DNA of 64,000 nt. Origin: Epithemia pelagica. Taxonomy: Eukaryota > Protista > Bacillariophyta. The notes beneath the pieces were generated by a model that ran no database searches, had not been told where the DNA came from, and saw nothing but the letters and a program-made list of their open reading frames with translations. Shown in pieces: positions 53,364-61,410 of this stretch (position 1 is its first letter; every line of letters begins with the position of its first letter). The position numbers and the translations under genes are program-made. Location of the stretch: the NCBI GenBank assembly GCA_946965045.2, contig OX337229.1, positions 4,402,001 to 4,466,000 of the forward strand, read 5' to 3'.

Positions 53364-54671
53364 ATGGCACTGCCAATCTTTCAGCAACGTGTACGGCGTA
53401 CCATGCCATTTTCGTCAGGTCCATCAAACTCAAAGACCATGATTCTATTCTTTTGCGCCTTCTCTTTGGCAATGATGGCATTCGTTGAATTTTTCATTCG
53501 CCCACGTGCTCTCTCGAATATAGTGCTCAGATCAAACCAAGGCACCGATCGCTACAAGACTCAAGCGGATTCTACTACCAGTCCTCTCCGGTATTGTGAT
53601 TTGGAGTCTCCTCAAGATCGCAATGTTCTCGAAGATCTCATTTGGATCGATCCCGAACAAGATCCCCATGACGCATCCAAGACAAGCCGTACCCGTGTGT
53701 CTCACCCGACAAGTGACGATATGAAGTGGTTACTCAAGTACGGAACCGAGCGTGACACTAACGATGCCGAACGCTTGAAACGAAACAGTCGTCTTCAAAT
53801 CGACACCCAGTCACCTTCTCAATGTCGTCTCAAGGAATGGGATGCATCCGATTTTGTTCAGTGCATTGGTCCCAATCGACGTTTGGTCTTTGTCGGTGAC
53901 TCAATGACAATGCAACAAGCTGAATCCCTGTCGTACTTGCTGGGGGTGACAAACACATGGGAGCACAAGGACCATTGGGAACGCAAAAAGGGTCAGAGTC
54001 GACACAGCATTGATGCCAAGACAAGTAATGGCGTTCTGGAAATAATTGCACGTGCTGTATTTCACAGTGACGAAGAAGATGGAACGCCCATGAAGTTCAA
54101 CAAGGAAGCTTGGGATATCATGGTGAAAGGTTTTGGAGGATGGAGAGACGGAGACATTCTTGTCGTCAACTTTGGAGCTCATTACATGGCTAATCTCTTG
54201 GATCTTCGTCGTGACTTGGAAGTGTTGTTTTATCAGGTCTTAGCCGAGATTCCCAAGAAGCACCCCACCAAGAACATTACAGTGTTTTGGCGAGACTATG
54301 CACCGGCTCATTTCCAAGCCTTTCCTGATGGTGAATATCCACCCAGTCACTTTGTGAAGCGAGCCAACGAACCAGCATGTGTCCCCCATTTGACGGCACC
54401 CGAGACTCCAAGTATTGTCAAGCACGTGGTGACCAAAATTCTGGAGGACTGCGGAGAAGCGTGTATCCATATCCGTCGTTTGAATATATGGGACTTGTTG
54501 CGCAATGCCTGGGATCAGCACACCGAGGGGTCACATTGCTACAGTGACGAATGGTGTGACTGCCGCCATTATACCATCCCTGGACCAATGGACTATGCCA
54601 ACGTTCTGTTTTACAACCAGTTGTGCGTAAACCATGCTGGTGGAAACAAAGACCCCATTCAAGTCGGGTAA
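53364..54671 (+). CDS. Trichome-birefringence-like (TBL)/PC-esterase SGNH protein, putative polysaccharide O-acetyltransferase/esterase
   Basis: Type II TM anchor, RRLVFVGDSMTMQQAESL (GDS), ILVVNFGAHY, CDCRHY (DxxH). Confidence 0.82.
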   Translation: MALPIFQQRVRRTMPFSSGPSNSKTMILFFCAFSLAMMAFVEFFIRPRALSNIVLRSNQGTDRYKTQADSTTSPLRYCDLESPQDRNVLEDLIWIDPEQDPHDASKTSRTRVSHPTSDDMKWLLKYGTERDTNDAERLKRNSRLQIDTQSPSQCRLKEWDASDFVQCIGPNRRLVFVGDSMTMQQAESLSYLLGVTNTWEHKDHWERKKGQSRHSIDAKTSNGVLEIIARAVFHSDEEDGTPMKFNKEAWDIMVKGFGGWRDGDILVVNFGAHYMANLLDLRRDLEVLFYQVLAEIPKKHPTKNITVFWRDYAPAHFQAFPDGEYPPSHFVKRANEPACVPHLTAPETPSIVKHVVTKILEDCGEACIHIRRLNIWDLLRNAWDQHTEGSHCYSDEWCDCRHYTIPGPMDYANVLFYNQLCVNHAGGNKDPIQVG

Positions 54672-55440
54672 AGCCTTTCGGACTGTCGCCGTTTTGATGA
54701 AAAGGTAGACATCCGAGATAATGGTAGTAATGGTCGGTGGACATACATGGTAGAGAGCTTGCGAACTTTTCTTTTCATCTTTTGTCCATTGATACCTGCA
54801 GACAATGCTGTCGATTAACATGAGATCACGCCCACGAGGATGCTCCTTTTCGCGACATGCCCTCAACCTGTCAACTGTCAAGACTCAACCGATGGGATGA
54901 ATTATTTGTGAGAAAAGATTCCGCTCTAACAATCCAGGTTATGCCCACACGCATGCCATACTATGAAAATATTGCCTTTCGTATAAAACTCAAGTCGTGG
55001 TCGTGATGGGCGCTATATATCCAGGCGATGGTGAATGGTGATGGTTGTCTCTCGCAAAAGATTCACAGAATGGCAGAAATTCCAAATTCACGTTAGGCGC
55101 CAACGGACGAAAGCATCTGTAGATGTACACAATTGCAGGAAAAAAATGTTGTTGTTTCATTGTTCGGGCAGACACGTGTTCCTATCAATACGTGGATGCT
55201 GCATCACCTCATTGATGTAACGTTGTCGTAAGAAACGTTTCCTAATCATGGTAGTCAAAATGCCTTCCTACTTCTACGGCCTCAAGGCAGAAATCTCCGG
55301 TTTCCGGTGTCCGCCATGAGGTTGTCGTTTTTGCGCAACTCTGTCGCTGTTCGATTGTTGCCATGAACGCAGCTGATTTCCTTCAATAATGTCATTTATT
55401 GATCAAGCTATTTAAACTCTGCTCCTGTTTTCGTTGTCGC

Positions 55441-55977
55441 TTATTCAGTGTCTTTTGTTGAAGATTTTGTCGTGACACTCTTTTCGCCTTGTGGTAGCAT
55501 GCGATAGACAACGACCTTGCCTTTGAGAACTTCGACATTGCTTTCCTTGATTTTCACGCTGACGTCCAGATGACAGACCGGTTTGGTTTCGTGAATCCAT
55601 GTGACGGTACCAGTGGCAATAAGGGTATCACCTGGTCGCGTTGGTGCCGTGTACTCGAGTTCTTGTTTCATAAAAACAGAACCAGGTCCAAGTATTTCCT
55701 CGGCCACCAAGGCATTGAGCATCCCCGACGCTAATCCACCATGAGAGACCAGCCCTTGCATCCTTGTTGACTTGGCATAGTCTGATTGAAAGTGCAATGG
55801 ATTGTAATCACCGGTGATTTCAGCATACATGGCAGTGTATTCCGGCTTCATGACACGTTGCCAGGTTCCGACAGATCCCACATGGAGATTTCCCAAGGGA
55901 TGTTTCGAAGAAGCAGATGAAGCTTTCTCTGTGGATGCACCATTGTTCAGGTTTGGACTTGATGAGGCACTGGACAT
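55441..55977 (-). CDS. MaoC-like (R)-specific enoyl-CoA hydratase/dehydratase (178 aa)
   Basis: YAEITGDYNPLH...VSHGGLASG...LGPGSVFMKQELEYTAPTRPGD hot-dog signature. Start placed at MSSASS; the upstream part of the listed ORF is likely non-coding. Confidence 0.88.
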   Translation of the reverse strand: MSSASSSPNLNNGASTEKASSASSKHPLGNLHVGSVGTWQRVMKPEYTAMYAEITGDYNPLHFQSDYAKSTRMQGLVSHGGLASGMLNALVAEEILGPGSVFMKQELEYTAPTRPGDTLIATGTVTWIHETKPVCHLDVSVKIKESNVEVLKGKVVVYRMLPQGEKSVTTKSSTKDTE

Positions 55978-56511
55978 GATGGTAAAGCAAAAGACCAACG
56001 AAGAGAATATGAATGGTGGAAAAGAAAAAAGTACCATGCAGTAGACGGCTTCAACGTACGCTTTGAGGATGTACCTTTCTATTTTGTGTGTCTTCCAGGG
56101 AAGAAACAATTTGGAATGACGACATATTATTGCGCAAGCATTTTTTTGATGGCCTTTATTTGGTGCCTGGGCACTGCGGCCAAAGATTGCGCGCGACTCG
56201 ATGGAACCTAACTTGGAACTCAGGAAGGGACGCGCACAGTGCAAACCTAGCAAATATAGTTTTACCGTATCTCTCTGAAGCTGAAGCCTATTGTATCTGT
56301 TCCCATGGACAGATGAGACTCTGTGCATACTTTTGTTGTTTAGGAGTACTCCTAGTTTTAAACTGTTACTCCAGATGTCGTCAGGTCGCATTTCATCAAG
56401 GATGAACTGATAATTCCAGAGCTTTTCTTTCATCCCGAAGAAAATGCCAATATTCTTCTGATGTATGCATCGGCGTTGACCGTTCATCTCTGATCATAAT
56501 TTAGTTGTAGT

Positions 56512-56990
56512 CTAGATAAGGTTGTAGTAGTACGCGAGAGTCGTGCCATCTTCCAAAACGCCCGACAGGGTCGATTCCAGCCGTCCTGTGACACCCGCAT
56601 AGACACCTGTTCCTCCCACAATGAAGCATATGTCCACCTGAGGACATTAAACGGGCCAACGAGTGTGATAGTGTCCTCATCATTCTCCGTCAAGTACACG
56701 GCAACAGTACACGTCCACTGAGAGCCGATTCCGTCATTTGTGAGAAGGACACAAGCCCCTTCATTATCCCCGACCAGCATAGCAGATCCGTCGTTGACTT
56801 CATTCACACTCTGGGTCAAGTATAGCTTATTTGCACGGTTCCATGTGAGTGCATCACCCACACCCGGTGAAGCGTTACCACGAATGTATGTGGGTGTGCT
56901 AGACGATGTTGCAACTATCATTTTTTATCATTTCCAGTTTTGGAGGCATCTCATTCTCTATTGTACCGCTCTCTACAATAACCCCGGTCT
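56512..56990 (-). pseudogene. Dirigent/AOC-barrel-like paralog A, frameshifted; 5' boundary approximate
   Basis: GDALTWNR...GDNEGACV...WTCTVAVYL...TLVGPF. A 1-nt loss near 56623 breaks SIVGGTGVYAGVTG; a probable second shift lies in the A-run at 56921-56926. The corrected stop is TAG at 56514-56512. Confidence 0.7.
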
Positions 56991-57333
56991 CCCCCAACGC
57001 GCGAGGTGCGTTAAATCAACGCGCCAGACTTCCGACTTCCGCGAAGCAAAAAATCTGGGCGAGCGAAAAGAGCATCATATGATTCGGATGTCGGGAGGTC
57101 TGGGAATTGGGAATGTATAGGTGTACCAAGTACAAATACAAATTTGAATCTTGAATAATAGTACTTCTTCCAACACCTCATCGCTCTGCCCAGACGTAGC
57201 AAGTAGCATCGCGGTCCAAATTATTGGGCGACGTCGTATGGGCGGCGCTCTGATCGAGATTGTCTCACAAAAATCCAATACCCAATACTCAATCCAAACA
57301 AACCCCAAGGAAATACCGACCTAAGCACGAGAA

Positions 57334-58150
57334 ATGAAGTTCTTTGCCTTTCTAACAACAGCCTTCAGCCTTTTTGTCTCTGTTCTCCCTCTCTTTCATT
57401 TTGCCGAGGCGGCGAAAGGGGTAAGTAGTTTGGAAACCAAGCTCATGCTGTTGATATGTCCCAATCTGCGGGTCTTCCATATGTCGTCGTCGACTGGTTG
57501 TGGTAGCACTTCAAAGTTCACTTGTTTTGGAAAACTAATGTTATCTTCGCTACGTTTTTGTGATGTGCTACAGAAAAAGGGCAAGAAATCAAGCAAGGTA
57601 TGTATCGAGTGTGGGCGAATTATTATGGAATGAAATCATAATTTTCTTCGCAGTACCGCCGAGAGAATACTCGAATTTCCCTCGTGTCTAAAACCTTTCC
57701 ACGTTTTTTTGTCAGCAGGATTATGCACCATACGTTTTGAAAACGATCCACGTTGCATCGAACGTTACGACGATTTATATTAATGGGGTATCAAATGTGG
57801 GTGACCCTCTTGTTTGGAACCGGGGTAATAAATTGTTCTTGACACAGGATCTTCGTGACGTTGTTAACGGAACGGCCAAATTAGCGGGTGACAATGAAGC
57901 CACTTGCTTACGTATCACTGACAAGGGGTTTGACTCCCGATGGATGTGTTCTGTGACGGTGTACTTGACAGACGATGACAAAGACACTGTAACCGTTGTC
58001 GGTCCGTTTCAAGCCACTGCAAAAACTTACGCATCGATTGTGGGCGGCACCGGCATATACTCGGGTGCTTCCGGATCAGCTGAAATGAGCCCAGCTGGTC
58101 CATTGCCGGACGGTTCCTTCGCATACTTCAACATTTTCCGCTTTGACTAA
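57334..58150 (+). CDS. Secreted dirigent/allene-oxide-cyclase-barrel-like protein, paralog B (intact, 180 aa); exons 57334-57420, 57574-57597, 57719-58150
   Basis: Signal-peptide exon ending at GTAAGT, 24-nt exon KKGKKSSK, and a barrel exon with SIVGGTGIYSGASG. Total 543 nt in frame. Confidence 0.8.
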
Positions 58151-58455
58151 AACTGCAATCAAAGTTGCGATATCACTCCCGTTGGGATTCAGTCGGAAAA
58201 TGGATCAGAGTTCGGACCGAGTATGCGAGTGAACGAAGAAAGATTACGGAATGTCCATGACCCTACCATGTCGGACAGGTACATCGTAAATAAAGCGGTT
58301 AGACTATAGAAATGTGGCGTAATTGACTAGGTAGATGGCAAAAAATACATTGGTATCCCAGCTATGCCTTTTTTAGAATGCAACAAGTAAAAGAGTAAGA
58401 AGTGGGAAAGGCATCTCGTACCTTACAATACGAGTATCTACACTAGACATGTGTT

Positions 58456-59011
58456 CAAGGATGCTACTGTGACGGCGTCACAAATCCATTTCGTCACCTG
58501 ACATGACGAAAAACGGGCCATGTCACGTCAGCCCATCGGCCCCTGACATGACGGTGACGAAAAAAAGAAAAACTTCGCCGATGTTCTTCAGATACGGCGA
58601 GAGAAGCTCAAAAACACTTTAAAAAGTGAAGCATGGAGGCACACATCAATAAAGGTGCACCATCAATCCCTACAGACTTGGTAGTGGTGATGACCTCGAC
58701 GGATGAAGATGACGACGCAGGTGCCGGTGGTGCCGGTGCTGGTGCTGGTACTGCTGCTGCTGCTGACGAAGACTACCAACCTGACCCGGCAGACGACGAC
58801 GAGGAAGAAGAGGAGCGAAATAGAAACCAGGGCATCGATGACAGAGTAGAAGAAGAAAGTTTACCACCTTTTCCAATTACTACCATGTTGCTTTCTGTAT
58901 CCCAGTTCGGCGAGGGGGTGACGACATTTCGTCTAGTTCGTCAGCGGTTGTCATTCGTCAAGCTCGTCACGTCAGGCCGAGGGTCGGTGACGCGACGAAC
59001 TTGCAACCTTG
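58456..59011. mobile_element. Non-autonomous TIR DNA transposon (556 bp), P-superfamily-like
   Basis: TIRs CAAGGATGCTA / reverse complement CAAGGTTGCAA; ATGTGTT duplicated on both sides (58449-58455, 59012-59018); mirrored subterminal TGAC/GTCA arrays. Confidence 0.75.
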
Positions 59012-59388
59012 ATGTGTTTTGTGGACTTGATCATCAGCCAGAGTCCTCGGTAAATAATCCCCCAAAGTACCCCATCGCGCTCGGACATCTTCTCCGCGCC
59101 GGGGGATGATCAAATTCAGCGCATAGCGAAAGCCAGTCTGTTAAAAATGACCAAATTTCTCTTCCATTTTTGGCAATGCAACTCTATCTGGGCATACGAC
59201 ACGGGGAACTCAAGCGACCTTGTTGGTCCAAGAAGACCACAAGCCCTCTTCCGTATCCTTATCCAATCACTTCGCCGAAATCGCATGCATACCTTGTTTG
59301 GTCCCCAAGATTAAATGATGATCTTGCTTCGCAACAAACAACCACACAATCCAGAAAGGTTCATTTTTTCCACAGTTCCTGAAACAAA

Positions 59389-60221
59389 ATGAGAGTCCAT
59401 ACGTTTGAGTTGGGTGTGTTTGCTTCTGTTCTTGCTGTGATCCATCCTGGCTGTGCTAGATTGATGAGCAATAACAAGCAAGAGAGAGGACAACAACAAC
59501 AACATGACGAAGAGGTTACTCTTGTCGAGGACATGAATCTTCGCAGTTTGAGGGTAAGTTCTGGCGAAAGAGAGAATAATTGACACATCTTTTGATCCCA
59601 ACAAGCCTCATCTTCGCTTTCCCTCATTTTCTGGGGCGTTTGCAGAAGAAACGAAAAAAGGGGGAAAAGAATAAGCAAAAGGTAAGTTTTCCATCCGACC
59701 TCTATTGTTCTCGCTCACAATGATGCGGTGCTGACAACCCCGTGTCTCTGTCGACCAAGACGCAGGAGTACAACTTTTTACCCAAGGTGCTATGTACCAT
59801 TCAAGTGGCGGCCTCGAGCACGACCAACTACATAGCTGGGGCACCGGGGTTGGGAGATGTATAGACCTGGAACCGGGAAAATACCATGTACTTGACACAT
59901 GATTTGGATGAGATTATCGATGGAAGCGCTCTGGCTATAGGAGACAATGAAGGCTTCTGCATCCGTCTCACTGGTGATGACTTTGAATCGCGATGGATTT
60001 GTACCGCAACCGTGTACTTGACCGACAATGACCGTGATACTGTGACGGTAGTGGGTCCCTTTCATGTGCCCTCCACGACAAGTGTATCCATTGTGGGAGG
60101 AACAGGCTTGTATGCCGGCGCATCGGGACGACTGGAAATCAGTTTGGTCGACGGGGTATTACCACCCAACAATACCCTGGCATACTATTATGACTTCTAC
60201 TTTGACTTCTACGACAGCTAA
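59389..60221 (+). pseudogene. Dirigent/AOC-barrel-like paralog C with a premature TAG (59862-59864); exons 59389-59553, 59646-59681, 59766-60221
   Basis: Signal peptide...RSLR exon, 36-nt exon KKRKKGEKNKQK, barrel exon GDV*TWNR...SIVGGTGLYAGASG. All junctions are GT-AG and phase 0. Confidence 0.75.
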
Positions 60222-61410
60222 GGGTTCGGCACTGGAAGAAGATGCCTGGGAAATATTTGACAAATAGTGGATATAGTCTGTATTCTGACAGCAAATGCCA
60301 TGCCCCATGATGTGCTGGCTTGGTGTCGAGCGTCATCAAAGGGTACTCTATTTTGACGGGTGTATATGTAATGTGGACGAAATAAATTATCGATGTGCTT
60401 GCTCAATGGTACCAAGTAAGAAGAAAACCGCCTTGTCGATCTCAAGACGCGTACGGTTTGAAACGAAACCTTTATTTGTTGTACATGTTGTAATGATTGG
60501 TGTAGTGATTCGTGAGAACTAAGCACTGTAATCTAGGTAGAAGTTACTTTGTTACGTTTCTCTTTTACCCCTTGTTCCAGAACGAGTCCGGTCGAAATGT
60601 CGAAAGTAGAACAACTCCTTCTACTAGAGGAGTACCAATCGTTATGTGGTTAATGTTATGGTGTTATGGTTTAAGGTACGAGTATGGTAGCAGTCTGTCC
60701 CTCGGTCGGCCATTGGAAATCGGAAGCCTTCCCGCGCCGGTGTGCTCCGGGACATTCGATTGGATACGGATTGTTACGTGGAACATTGTCCCGCGCTCAC
60801 GAATGCCCGGCACGCTCGGTACTGTGAAATCGTCGTCGTTCAAATATTTTGGCTTGGTTCAACGGAAATTACGATCCTTCACACGACACATGGCGGCAAA
60901 GCAGGACGAGGGCGTATCATCATCCCACAGACAGACAAAATAGCAAGGGAAGTTGCACCTGCGCCTCTCGCCTTCCCCTTCGTGTGTGTTGCGATCAACG
61001 AGAGAAGAGGAGCCCTTTGGTTGCCGTGACAAGACGATACGACCAACAAGCAAGGTGGAAGCAGCCATTGCACGAAGATTATCCTTCTTGCACAAAGGCT
61101 TCCCTTCTATTTGGGTTTCTTCTTCAAAGTTTGAGCACGTGCTCGCGCGCTTCCTTGGCGTTTGATCGGTCTCTTTTGTTTTTGTTCAAAGCTGTATTCA
61201 ACACAACGTATTGATTGATATTGATTGATTGTTGAGACGAACAAAGGGTTATTGGTTTTCTTTCCTCGTGGTAATAGCTTTCTCGTCAAGGTCATTTTCA
61301 CCAACTACTCACACCCACCGAACTTTCCATACCGGGTAGGAGACAAGGCGCACCTTGCAGACCCACCAACTACCCACCGTTTCACACACGAAACATAAGG
61401 TCAACCGACC

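Noticed and set aside
58633-59109. 158-aa ORF as a host gene
   Set aside because: Reads across the right TIR of the 556-bp element; treated as a transposon remnant.
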